Shown: positions 17,498-26,869 of the stretch, one piece after another
How positions within the stretch are numbered: position 1 is the stretch's first letter
How the letters are laid out: each line of letters opens with the position of its first letter
Source of the DNA: an uncultured Bacteroidota bacterium
GTDB lineage: Bacteria; Bacteroidota; Bacteroidia; Bacteroidales; UBA12481
Direction of reading: 5' to 3'
DNA length: 64,000 nucleotides
NCBI GenBank assembly: GCA_903919925.1
Contig: CAIXKO010000904.1
Span: forward strand, 1,625-65,624
The notes under the pieces: model-generated
The model's database searches: none
The model's input: the letters and a program-made list of their open reading frames with translations, nothing else
What the model was told of the DNA's origin: nothing
Program-made: the position numbers and the translations under genes

Positions 17498-20400
17498 TTG
17501 AACACCTGCACCCACTGACCTTTAATTACAGCAGAAACTTTCCGGTCATACATATCGCCGCACTGGAGGGCAGGTAGGTAGAACTGACCTGTGTAGGCAG
17601 CATTCAGCATTACCTCATAAGTAACAGACTGACCCTGGGAAAGAGCAAAAAATGTAAAAACACGATCGTCACGTACGTCGCGGTATTCATAAGGGCTTTC
17701 CACTACAAAACTCTCCTGGTCAGTAATCCGGTAATTGACAATTTCCCAGCCTGAAGGAAAAATCTGGCTGAGGGCCATCGTTGCATAATTGCCATAAGTA
17801 CCTGGATTTGTAATCGTTACCTTAGCTTTCAAATCGGTTCCCTGCTTCAATTGCGATACATTCAACAGATTGTTACGTAAATCAAGATACTGTATTGACG
17901 CCCTGAGGTTGAGTGAGTTATCTTCCTCCTGCCCCATGGAAGGCTGCCCAATAGAGGTAACGGTTACATACAGTTTATCTTTACCCGTATTCACTACCCT
18001 AACATTTCCCTTGTCGCCCGTTGATGGCAAGCTAATTCGGTGAACTGCTTTTTTTGAATCGATTTCTGTTTTCTCTGATCCGCTAAAAAGGGTAAAATGC
18101 AGATTGCCCGGATTTTTCCTTTTGCCGGCGAACTCAGCAATAGCATACAAACAATAAGCCGCCGTTTGAGTACTGATCTCGCCTTCCCGGAGGTCTTTTG
18201 CAATTTTCCCAACCAGGTCAAATGCAGCCTCCTCGCGGCCCATAAGATTTAAGGCATTCAGAACGATTGCTTCATCGCGCAAGCTGGAACCGTAAGTACT
18301 TCCGGGAGATGAATAACGATTAACAGGAGCTGAGGCTAAATTCCGAATCAGTTTTTCAGCCACCTGGCAGCGGCCAATCAGGCAATATGCTGAAGCCAGC
18401 ATCCATGTGGCAGTGTAATCAGGGATAGGGCGCTCTACCATCCGGTTCATCGCGCTCAGGTTTGGCTGGCCGCCCAGGGCCAAAGCAAATAACCGGTATG
18501 CCTGCTGCAATGGAAAGTCGGTTTGAAACTCTCCTGTACCAGCAGGATCAGATGAGACTTTTGACTGATAGCCAACCAATTTCTTTTTAAAACCGGACGG
18601 CAACAGGTAGCCCTTTTGCTCGGCTAATAATAAGAAATGCATGGCATAAGTGGTTCCCCAATAAGATGTTGTTCTGCCACCCGGCCAAAAAGCCAGACTA
18701 CCATCGGGTAATTGGAATTTTGTGAGTGATAGTATGGCTGCCGCAACATTCTTTTCCACCTTTTGCTGCTCCAGTCCAGGCATCTCAGCCAGCTGGTCCA
18801 GATAAAGCTGAGAAAAGGCAGCTGATGTTGTTTGTTCCACACAGCCGTAAGGATACTGAATCAGGTAACCAATATGCTTTTCAAGATCGAATGATGGGAG
18901 AGTAGCTACTTCGATAAAGCTTTGGACAGATCCGGTGGCACCATCAAAAACCGGAGCCAGCTTTTCTTCCTTGCCAGGCTCGACCACCGATCGTGATAAG
19001 CGGGAAATGGTTGGATTCGGATTTTGAACATCCAGTTCAATTTCATGAAAAGCGGTCTCTTGTCCAGAAACAACATCGATCCTGATTTTAGCAACTCCCG
19101 GCTTGTCAGTTGCTTTCACACTAAAAGCAGTCATTACCTCGCCAATTTTGGAGATTGCCAAAGTATTCCGCGAGGGTCCGGCCAGTTCCAGTGATCCTTT
19201 AACGGTAATACTCACTTCGGCGCTGGTTATCTTATTATCGAGAGTAAAAATACTAACCGGCACATCAACCAGTTCCCCGAAACTAAGCTTGCGCGGCATA
19301 GTAGCCAACACCATCAGTGGTTTTTTAACAGGTGCAGCTGCTTCGGCAGAGCCCCAGGCTTTACTGTTTCCGGCAACCACCATTGCACGCACTGAACCCA
19401 CGTAATTCGGCATCTTTAAAGTATGCTTGTTCACTCCTCCTTTTTTCAGGTCGAAAGGGCCGATAAAAGTAATGACAGGTTTAAAACGGTTGGCTTTCTG
19501 ATCAGAGGGATTAACCAGGCCACCATCGCCGCCGATGGCCAGAACACTCTCGAGTCTGCCACCGTAAGCCCCTAGAACATCACTGAAATTATCCCAGGTT
19601 TTTACGCCAAGGGCTTCCTTCCGGTTAAAGAAGTTCCAGGGATCGGGAGTCTTAAACCGGGTGAGGTTGAGCAAACCTTCATCCACCACGGCCAGGGTAT
19701 AGGTCATGGCTTTGCCGTTTTGCTCCGATACTTCCAATCCATAATCCTGCTCGGGCCGGATTTCAGCCGGCAGCCTGATTTTCGGAGCCAACCGGCTTTC
19801 CGGATCTTCCACCATCAGCGGGATTACCCCATACAACCTGATTGGCAGATCGTTGGAACTATTAGCATGCGGTTGTATTAATGTCAGGTAAACATATACG
19901 TTTGGGGTCATATCCGGGGTGATATCCAGACTGAGCCTGGTTTCGCCTTTATTAGCTTCCACCCATCGGGTTTCCAGAACTCGTGTCCCCGATTCAATGG
20001 TTAACAAAGCCCTGGAGTTCTCCATTCCCGGAAAAGTGATCTGTGCTTTTTCACCTGGATGGTAAACTTTTTTATCTGCCGAAAAGCTCAGAATTGCAGC
20101 ACCCGACGGGTCTGCCCTGCCGCTTCGGTCGGCCGATGAAGGCCAGTCAATATAAATAATTTGCCCCGTGCTATGCCCTTTTTCCGGATCGGAAACAATA
20201 ATCAGGTAACGTCCCCAATCGGGATAATCGACCTTAAAATTAAAGCTTCCCTTTCCATTTAGTGCACTAAAAGAAGTTTCCTGAACCATAAATTCATCTT
20301 TTCGTCCGATATAGGAAGCCAAATTCTCATCTGAAGCTCCCCACCACCACCTCCATTCAATTTTGTAAACTCTGGCTATCAACTGATTAGCCTTAGTTGG

Positions 20401-23031
20401 CATGCCTTCAGGGTTTACTACTACCACTTCTACCGGGATATTCTTTCCGGTTTCCAAAAACTGGCGCGATTCCGTAATTCCATTGACTGATATTCCAACA
20501 TACCGGTCGAAAGGAGAAAAGGGAACAGAAATCATATCGGCACTGAAATCACCACCCTGCTCAAAAACGCGGCTATTGAAAATCGCGTTCAACATACCCG
20601 GGGAATCTCCGGTTGAAGTGAAATCTACCGGAAAGCTGACATAGCCATCGGCATCTAAAGATCCATCGAAAGCCGTTTCCTCATAAGAGTTAAACACCTT
20701 GGACGGATCCTCAAAAACATAATCGGCGTAACCGTTAAAAACGTTGGGTCTTTTGGTGAACCGCACTTTGACCTCGGCCCGGAGATTTCCGGCTGAGGCA
20801 CCATGAAGCCAGGCAGATCGAAACATAGCTTTCTGCCCCGGCTTTCCGGAAAGTAAAGGACTATTGGTAAAATCGATATTGATCTTCAACCTGTTGGGTT
20901 TAATCATTTCTACTTTTACCTGTTTCTCAAAACGTGTACCTCCCACCTGAATTACTGCCAGCCAATTTCCGGTAGCATCATCAGGGTTGGTAGGTGTTGC
21001 AAAACAATAAAATCCATTTTTACCCAAAGTTTTAACTTGTTTTGAAACCTGCTGACTCTTTGAATTATATAGTTCGAAAATTACCGGCTGATCATCCGGA
21101 AGTAGCCTATCCTTGTCAGATAAAATGAAGGACATGAAAAGTGTATCGCCTGGCCTCCAAACATCCCTTTCACCATAAAGAAAACCCTTGATGCCTTTTT
21201 TTACTTCATCGCCGGAAACGTCAAAACTACTGGCCGACAAAGAAGAACCGTCGTCAACCCTCAGAAATCCTGTTTGATCCCCCACTGATGCTTCAGCTAA
21301 ATAAGGCACCCCATCCGGCGTAATCTCGGCAATTCCATCACTATTGGAAGTCCCGGAGCCCAATAACTGCTGCTGAAAATTATATAGTTTTACCTCTGCG
21401 CCTGCCATTGGTTTGGCCGTTAACAGGTTTGTAACCACAGTCGTGAATTTTCGCTGGTCATAAGATTTAACTACGATCCCCAGATTGGTAGCCAGGATAT
21501 TTTTGCTGACAAAGCGCTCCGGATTATAATAAGAAACATCACATGGATTATCCCGCTTTTCCCAATCATATCCCTCTGGGAAGTAATCCTCATAATAGTA
21601 ACCATCAGAATCCCAACTGGAAAGATAAGCTTCATCAAAAGTTTCCAGAAGGAAATAAGACGAGATATCGGCAGGGGGAGCATCGGAACAATTACATAAA
21701 GCAAAAGGCAGACGGAACTTAATGTCAACTTTATAAAGTGCCTTGGGATCTCTTTTAACCAATGGAGTCAGGTCGATAGAAAATACATTCCACTGTTGAA
21801 GGTCGATTTCAGGGTTAAGGTCAAGCCGGAGCGTTTTACGGTACACCGGACGGCCAACATTCTTAAGATAGTCGGATGAGTTAAGTGTATTAAACTGAAA
21901 GAATTGTGGCAAAGTGTTGGCATATATTTTATAAACAATTATATCCACCGCTCTTAAGCTAACTGCTCGAAATGGTAGAAACAATCCTTTTGAATCAGGC
22001 ATCAGGCTTCCTTTTCCAATAAACTCCACTTTGGGTGAGAGTGCTTCCATGGTAAGCATAAAAGTTGCTTCTGACTTAAGAACATTCCCCTTAATGCTTC
22101 GTATCCCACTTACAATTCGCAGTTGCTGTTCCCCTGTCATCCGCACTTTTGGGTAGGCAAAAACCGAGTTATTCACTCTTGAGATCCGCAGTTCCTGATT
22201 CTCACCGAGGTTGATGAGACCTTGTAAGGATTGGAAGGGATCAACCGGATCTGAGAAATCAATCCGTACGAACTGTTCCTCACCCTGTTCAACCTTGGCG
22301 CCCAGGACCTTGAATTCGTTTTTTCCCGGAACCTCGATATCAAAACTGCCAGATTCCTTTAATTTCAACGAGCTTCCATCCCATTTCAAGGTCAGGGAAT
22401 AGGATTGATCTAATCGGAGCAAGCTATCGATGCGAAACTGGAAAGTAGTTCCGTTGACCTGCTCTAATCGGACCGGAACCGGGTTTTGTGAACCGGTTAT
22501 TGCAAAAATCCTAACAAAATCATCGGGGTTCATTCGATCGGAGCACAATATTCTGCCCTCATATTTCAGCATATTATCCTGATCATATGCTCCATAAATC
22601 ATACTTCCCTTTGATACAGAAAAATTTAGTGCAACCACTTCAAATTGAAAAGAATACAAACCGGATTTAACCTTTTCTCCTAATATGGGTAACAAGTTGA
22701 ATTCAGCACTAAACCGGGTTCCGTTTTTCAATGGTTTATCGGGTCTGAATTCAACAATACTGTTTGCGATCAGAAATGTTTTTCCCTTTATCGAGGGCGA
22801 AAAATTGAATAGCTGCTCTTTGATTTCCTCGCCTGAGCGATATCCTTCAACCGGATTGACCAGCATAACCTGAATAAAATCCCCTGATCCAATCATTCCC
22901 GAGGTATTCCCCTGGATATAAGCAGAAAAAGCTTTAGTTGACCCGACTTTGCTATTGTCAGCTTTTTTCCCGCAGCTGGCAACCAATAATAGCAGGAGTA
23001 CTAAAATGGATGAACCTTTAAAGATTTTCAT
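17494..23031 (-). CDS. Alpha-2-macroglobulin family lipoprotein (YfhM-like)
   Basis: 1845 aa. Lipoprotein signal (LLVASCGKK), repeated MG-like beta domains, and an intact thioester motif YPYGCVEQ. Classic pairing with pbpC. Confidence 0.92.
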   Translation of the reverse strand: MKIFKGSSILVLLLLLVASCGKKADNSKVGSTKAFSAYIQGNTSGMIGSGDFIQVMLVNPVEGYRSGEEIKEQLFNFSPSIKGKTFLIANSIVEFRPDKPLKNGTRFSAEFNLLPILGEKVKSGLYSFQFEVVALNFSVSKGSMIYGAYDQDNMLKYEGRILCSDRMNPDDFVRIFAITGSQNPVPVRLEQVNGTTFQFRIDSLLRLDQSYSLTLKWDGSSLKLKESGSFDIEVPGKNEFKVLGAKVEQGEEQFVRIDFSDPVDPFQSLQGLINLGENQELRISRVNNSVFAYPKVRMTGEQQLRIVSGIRSIKGNVLKSEATFMLTMEALSPKVEFIGKGSLMPDSKGLFLPFRAVSLRAVDIIVYKIYANTLPQFFQFNTLNSSDYLKNVGRPVYRKTLRLDLNPEIDLQQWNVFSIDLTPLVKRDPKALYKVDIKFRLPFALCNCSDAPPADISSYFLLETFDEAYLSSWDSDGYYYEDYFPEGYDWEKRDNPCDVSYYNPERFVSKNILATNLGIVVKSYDQRKFTTVVTNLLTAKPMAGAEVKLYNFQQQLLGSGTSNSDGIAEITPDGVPYLAEASVGDQTGFLRVDDGSSLSASSFDVSGDEVKKGIKGFLYGERDVWRPGDTLFMSFILSDKDRLLPDDQPVIFELYNSKSQQVSKQVKTLGKNGFYCFATPTNPDDATGNWLAVIQVGGTRFEKQVKVEMIKPNRLKINIDFTNSPLLSGKPGQKAMFRSAWLHGASAGNLRAEVKVRFTKRPNVFNGYADYVFEDPSKVFNSYEETAFDGSLDADGYVSFPVDFTSTGDSPGMLNAIFNSRVFEQGGDFSADMISVPFSPFDRYVGISVNGITESRQFLETGKNIPVEVVVVNPEGMPTKANQLIARVYKIEWRWWWGASDENLASYIGRKDEFMVQETSFSALNGKGSFNFKVDYPDWGRYLIIVSDPEKGHSTGQIIYIDWPSSADRSGRADPSGAAILSFSADKKVYHPGEKAQITFPGMENSRALLTIESGTRVLETRWVEANKGETRLSLDITPDMTPNVYVYLTLIQPHANSSNDLPIRLYGVIPLMVEDPESRLAPKIRLPAEIRPEQDYGLEVSEQNGKAMTYTLAVVDEGLLNLTRFKTPDPWNFFNRKEALGVKTWDNFSDVLGAYGGRLESVLAIGGDGGLVNPSDQKANRFKPVITFIGPFDLKKGGVNKHTLKMPNYVGSVRAMVVAGNSKAWGSAEAAAPVKKPLMVLATMPRKLSFGELVDVPVSIFTLDNKITSAEVSITVKGSLELAGPSRNTLAISKIGEVMTAFSVKATDKPGVAKIRIDVVSGQETAFHEIELDVQNPNPTISRLSRSVVEPGKEEKLAPVFDGATGSVQSFIEVATLPSFDLEKHIGYLIQYPYGCVEQTTSAAFSQLYLDQLAEMPGLEQQKVEKNVAAAILSLTKFQLPDGSLAFWPGGRTTSYWGTTYAMHFLLLAEQKGYLLPSGFKKKLVGYQSKVSSDPAGTGEFQTDFPLQQAYRLFALALGGQPNLSAMNRMVERPIPDYTATWMLASAYCLIGRCQVAEKLIRNLASAPVNRYSSPGSTYGSSLRDEAIVLNALNLMGREEAAFDLVGKIAKDLREGEISTQTAAYCLYAIAEFAGKRKNPGNLHFTLFSGSEKTEIDSKKAVHRISLPSTGDKGNVRVVNTGKDKLYVTVTSIGQPSMGQEEDNSLNLRASIQYLDLRNNLLNVSQLKQGTDLKAKVTITNPGTYGNYATMALSQIFPSGWEIVNYRITDQESFVVESPYEYRDVRDDRVFTFFALSQGQSVTYEVMLNAAYTGQFYLPALQCGDMYDRKVSAVIKGQWVQVFK

Positions 23032-23264
23032 GGTATGATGTTTTGCGATAACAAAATGAGCACAATTTAAGATACAAGATAGAAAAAACTATACAATTAC
23101 TGTTTCATAAAAAATGAGGCTCCAATGTCGCCGGGAAGTCATGGTTACCCTTTTTGTTCATGAAGGCACTTATAATTGATCAAAACCAATCCGGGAAGCT
23201 TCGCAAATTTAATAAAGTAAAAGTTGGTTAGAATGCGTAACTTCGCATAATATAAAAGATTACA

Positions 23265-23650
23265 ATGTATTTAGCCCCATTGAATTACGATCGGTACTTC
23301 AAAAAAGTTTTTTCTGATACCAGGATCGCCAAACGGTTTTTAGAGGATTTTTTTGATATTGAAATAGACGAACTGGAACTTCTATCGTAAAAGCATAAAA
23401 TTACAGATGACGCCTCGGCTGTTGAATTTGACTTCAGGTGCAAAATCAAGGATAACTTTGTTATTATCGATATGCAGCAATGGTTCAAAACTGATATCGT
23501 CAAGAGGTTTTACATGTACCATGCGATGAACGTGGTTTTGCAACTGGAGAAAATGCCAGGCAAAAGCATCGGTTTGGATGAAAACAAAAACACGGAATCA
23601 TTTGAACAGCAGTCGTTCTCCTCATTCACGGTGGTGGATAGGAAGAATAT
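23265..23650 (+). pseudogene. PD-(D/E)XK nuclease-family transposase-like remnant (in-frame stop, 3' truncated)
   Basis: MYLAPLNYDRYFKKVFSD...LELLS-TAA(23388-23390)-KHKITDDASAVEFDFRC...VIIDMQQWFK...RFYMYHA is read in one frame. The reading frame runs into the convergent gene ending at 23650. Confidence 0.65.
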
Positions 23651-25503
23651 TAACCCATTGCCGAAACCGGCTGCTTATGGCCTGTTTTGTGTGATTTCAG
23701 GACCGGCGATGGTACAGCTTCATGAATCATGCATTTTGCAACCACTTCAGCAAAATCCATAACCGGGATTTCGGAAACCGGAGCCAATGATTTCTTGCAC
23801 AGTGGACAGGCGGTGATCAGAATATCCGGGTGATTAATTGATAGCTCGCTCACTACTCCACGGGCAACAGCCCGCCGGGTGGCCAAATTCAGTCCTGGTG
23901 CCCCCAGGCTGCCCCCGCAGCAAAGTCCTTCGATTTTGGGTGTAACGTCAACCTGGTACAGCTCTGATATTAACTCCCTTGGTTCCCTGATAACACCCGT
24001 TCCACGGCCCAGCTCACAAGGTTCATGATAGGATGCCGCAAGCTCTTTCTTGTCCACTTTGATCCTGCCCCACTCCATGAGTTCCAAAATATATTGGGTA
24101 TGATGCAAAACCTTGATACCAGGTAGTGTATAATCCTCTTTAAACATCCGATAACAAATTGGACAGGAAGTTACCAGCAACTCTGCCCCTGAAGCGAGGA
24201 AATCTGCATGAAGCTGCTCTTTTATCCTGGCAGCTCCTGCTGACTGCCCGGCCAGTTTTAACGGTCTTCCACAACAGGCACCACCTTCGGAGTCATAAAA
24301 TTGCCACGATGAACCGGCTTGATTAAATATCAGTGTCATTGAGCGGATAATCGTCGGAGTAAGATGCGTCATGCAGCCAGCAAAATACAGAATCCGGCGC
24401 GATTGCCCGTTTCGTCCGAAATGGCCATAAGTATTTGCTTTTGAACCTAATGCAATATCGGAACGATTGATTTGTCTTAATGGCATTAACTCCAATCCAA
24501 CCGGACAAACCTTTTCACATCGCCCACATTGCAAACAGTCCCATTGAACCGCAGAAGGTTCATGGTGCCTGATCGACTTGATAAAGTAGTTACTTTGAAT
24601 CGGTCGTCCGGGCAATGTATCTGTCAGCTGGCAAGGATCTATACAAACTCCGCACGCCGAACAGGAATGTACCGACAAATCAGTATATCCTGGTGAAGAT
24701 TTGGACACCCTGATTCCATATTTTCGCAGGAATATCAGTACGGCTTCAGAAGGAATATGGGCATAACGGGTAAACGGAAGGCAAAAAAAGAAAAGCATCA
24801 ATACCAGCGAATAGAACCACCAGAATGGTAGTACAAGTGGCTCTGGATTTATTACTAAAGAGAGAATGTGTCCGAAAGTTCCGGTAAGAAAACTACCTGT
24901 GCCGTTCGCTCCGCAGGTAGCGCTTTCCGCAAGCAGGCGAATAGGGAAAATAAGCCATAAGGCAGTTAATGCAATCCGATCAACCGGACGCTGTTTGGTT
25001 GTATGCTTTAAACCTAACCAGGTTGAACGGAACCTCTTTATGATAGCCAACCCCAGTCCGCTCAGGACTATCAGTAAAAAGAAATCCATCCAGAAAGCAA
25101 AACCAGGCATATAAACCGATTTCGGAAAAGTTGGGCCCGGATCGAAAAAACGCCAAAACACAGAAACATAAATCGGTTTAAACAATCGTCCTGAATAATA
25201 GACTGACTCAATATTGCCTACTAAAATCAACATAAACCAACCAAATGCCAGGCTGGCATGCATGTATCCCAACCGTATATCGACTCCGAAAATTCTTTTA
25301 TGCAAAAGTGATTCCCTGATCACTTCACCAAGCGCTTTCCAAGTTTTGCCGGAAAAGATACTGCTGTTTAAAAGCTCCTTATCATCCTTTGAAAGACCTT
25401 CTATCCAGCGGATAATTTTATACAAAAAGAATATCCCGGTAAAGGAAAACCCAATAGTAAAAAGCAGAACAAAAGGATCAAAGGGATGGAATACCTTCTG
25501 CAT
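23650..25503 (-). CDS. Fusion protein: N-terminal polytopic membrane domain + 2x[4Fe-4S] + two CCG domains (HdrE/DsrM-like + HdrD/DsrK-like)
   Basis: 617 aa. About 6 hydrophobic helices in the first ~265 aa, with conserved-looking His (LLHKR, YMHAS, FGHIL, YAHIP). Then CSACGVCIDPC and CLQCGRCEKVCP. CCG motifs are ACCGRP...SCPIC and LCCGGS...ACPLC. Confidence 0.8.
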   Translation of the reverse strand: MQKVFHPFDPFVLLFTIGFSFTGIFFLYKIIRWIEGLSKDDKELLNSSIFSGKTWKALGEVIRESLLHKRIFGVDIRLGYMHASLAFGWFMLILVGNIESVYYSGRLFKPIYVSVFWRFFDPGPTFPKSVYMPGFAFWMDFFLLIVLSGLGLAIIKRFRSTWLGLKHTTKQRPVDRIALTALWLIFPIRLLAESATCGANGTGSFLTGTFGHILSLVINPEPLVLPFWWFYSLVLMLFFFCLPFTRYAHIPSEAVLIFLRKYGIRVSKSSPGYTDLSVHSCSACGVCIDPCQLTDTLPGRPIQSNYFIKSIRHHEPSAVQWDCLQCGRCEKVCPVGLELMPLRQINRSDIALGSKANTYGHFGRNGQSRRILYFAGCMTHLTPTIIRSMTLIFNQAGSSWQFYDSEGGACCGRPLKLAGQSAGAARIKEQLHADFLASGAELLVTSCPICYRMFKEDYTLPGIKVLHHTQYILELMEWGRIKVDKKELAASYHEPCELGRGTGVIREPRELISELYQVDVTPKIEGLCCGGSLGAPGLNLATRRAVARGVVSELSINHPDILITACPLCKKSLAPVSEIPVMDFAEVVAKCMIHEAVPSPVLKSHKTGHKQPVSAMG

Positions 25504-25828
25504 GGGGTTTAAGTTTTTGCATGATCAAAATGGAAAGGTACCTGGTAGGTATTCCGCGAGGACAAACAAGCTGACATTTTCCGCAGAGAAAACAGGATTG
25601 TTGAGCTTGATAATTATCAGCCCCTGAGGAGGATGCCCGTAAATGGTAATAAAAATCGCGAAGGTTAATACCGGCTGGGCAGGTGGCAGAGCATGATCCG
25701 CAATTCAGACAAGCGCTCCAGGCACTGACCAATCCTGCAAGATCATCAAAAAAGGAGGTATCAGCGTGATCCAAATCCAGTTGGCGTCCAGCCTGGATGG
25801 TAAATCCAAAATTCTTTTTACCGGTCAT
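25478..25828 (-). CDS. Small 2x[4Fe-4S] ferredoxin-like protein (HdrC-like)
   Basis: 116 aa. CLNCGSCSATCP and CFLCGKCQLVCPRGIP. Its 3' end overlaps the next gene by 26 nt. Confidence 0.75.
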   Translation of the reverse strand: MTGKKNFGFTIQAGRQLDLDHADTSFFDDLAGLVSAWSACLNCGSCSATCPAGINLRDFYYHLRASSSGADNYQAQQSCFLCGKCQLVCPRGIPTRYLSILIMQKLKPHAEGIPSL

Positions 25829-25834
25829 TTCTGG

Positions 25835-26869
25835 TCATCTGTTTTTTAAATATTGCCACGCTTCCATAGCTGCTGATCGGCCTGAGGCACTAGCCTCGGG
25901 GATACTCATTGGACCACAACAGGCTCCAGCCGTGAAAACACCGGCTTGCCCAGCTAAACGGCTGCCTGAAAATGTTTTGGCCATCTGGAAAAAGCCGGTA
26001 TCCAAATCAGTAACCTGGTGATTATCAACTTGAATTTGAGAGCACGCTGGTACCATGCCCACCAACAGCACCAGCCAGTCAACTGTTAATTTTAAAGGCC
26101 TTGACATGAGGGTATCTTCAGCCTTAAGAAGTATTTTATTTTGCTGATTTTCTGATGCTTCCGAAACCCTACCCCGAATAAACCGAACTTTATGCTTTTC
26201 CTGGGCCTCCCGATAGAGTTCCTCGTAACCAGTGCCGAAAGCACGAATATCAATGTAAAAATTTACGACTTTGCATTGCGGAAAAAGTTCCTTGATTTCA
26301 ATAGCCTGCTTGATTCCTGTGATGCAACATAAACGGCTGCAATAATTGATACCAACCTGCTGATCACGTGAGCCCACACAATGAACGAAAGCTATTGAGG
26401 AAGGATCGGCGCCATCGATCCGCAAATCAAGAGAATTGTTTTTAAGAATCCGTTCCAAATCGGGCGAAGTAACAACCCGTTTATAGATGCCATAACCAAA
26501 CTCTTCTTTGATCCGGGCATCAAAAAAATCGAAACCATTTGCTATAATGACAGAATCTGCAACCCCCACTTGCTCTGTACCAGAAAACAATGAAAATTGT
26601 TGATTATCTTTTTCTATCCGGGCAATTTCAATTCCAAAATGTTTTTTAACAGGATTCGTTCCGGTGGTTCCGATAAAATCTTCCAGTATCGAAGCTGCTG
26701 ACTCCCTACCTGGAAATAGTTGATGATAGTTATTTAATTTTCCGCCTGCTCCGTTTTCTTTATCGTACCAGTCAACTTCAATTCCAAGAGCAGCAGCAGC
26801 CACCGCAGCAGAAATTCCTGCCGGGCCAGCTCCAATCACGGCAATCCGTTGGTGGTTATCGTTTAACAT
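25835..26869 (-). CDS. Short HdrA-like FAD-dependent oxidoreductase
   Basis: 344 aa. VIGAGPAGISAA dinucleotide fold and the HdrA signature CVGSRDQQVGINYCSRLCC. It lacks the ferredoxin domains of long HdrA. Confidence 0.85.
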   Translation of the reverse strand: MLNDNHQRIAVIGAGPAGISAAVAAAALGIEVDWYDKENGAGGKLNNYHQLFPGRESAASILEDFIGTTGTNPVKKHFGIEIARIEKDNQQFSLFSGTEQVGVADSVIIANGFDFFDARIKEEFGYGIYKRVVTSPDLERILKNNSLDLRIDGADPSSIAFVHCVGSRDQQVGINYCSRLCCITGIKQAIEIKELFPQCKVVNFYIDIRAFGTGYEELYREAQEKHKVRFIRGRVSEASENQQNKILLKAEDTLMSRPLKLTVDWLVLLVGMVPACSQIQVDNHQVTDLDTGFFQMAKTFSGSRLAGQAGVFTAGACCGPMSIPEASASGRSAAMEAWQYLKNR

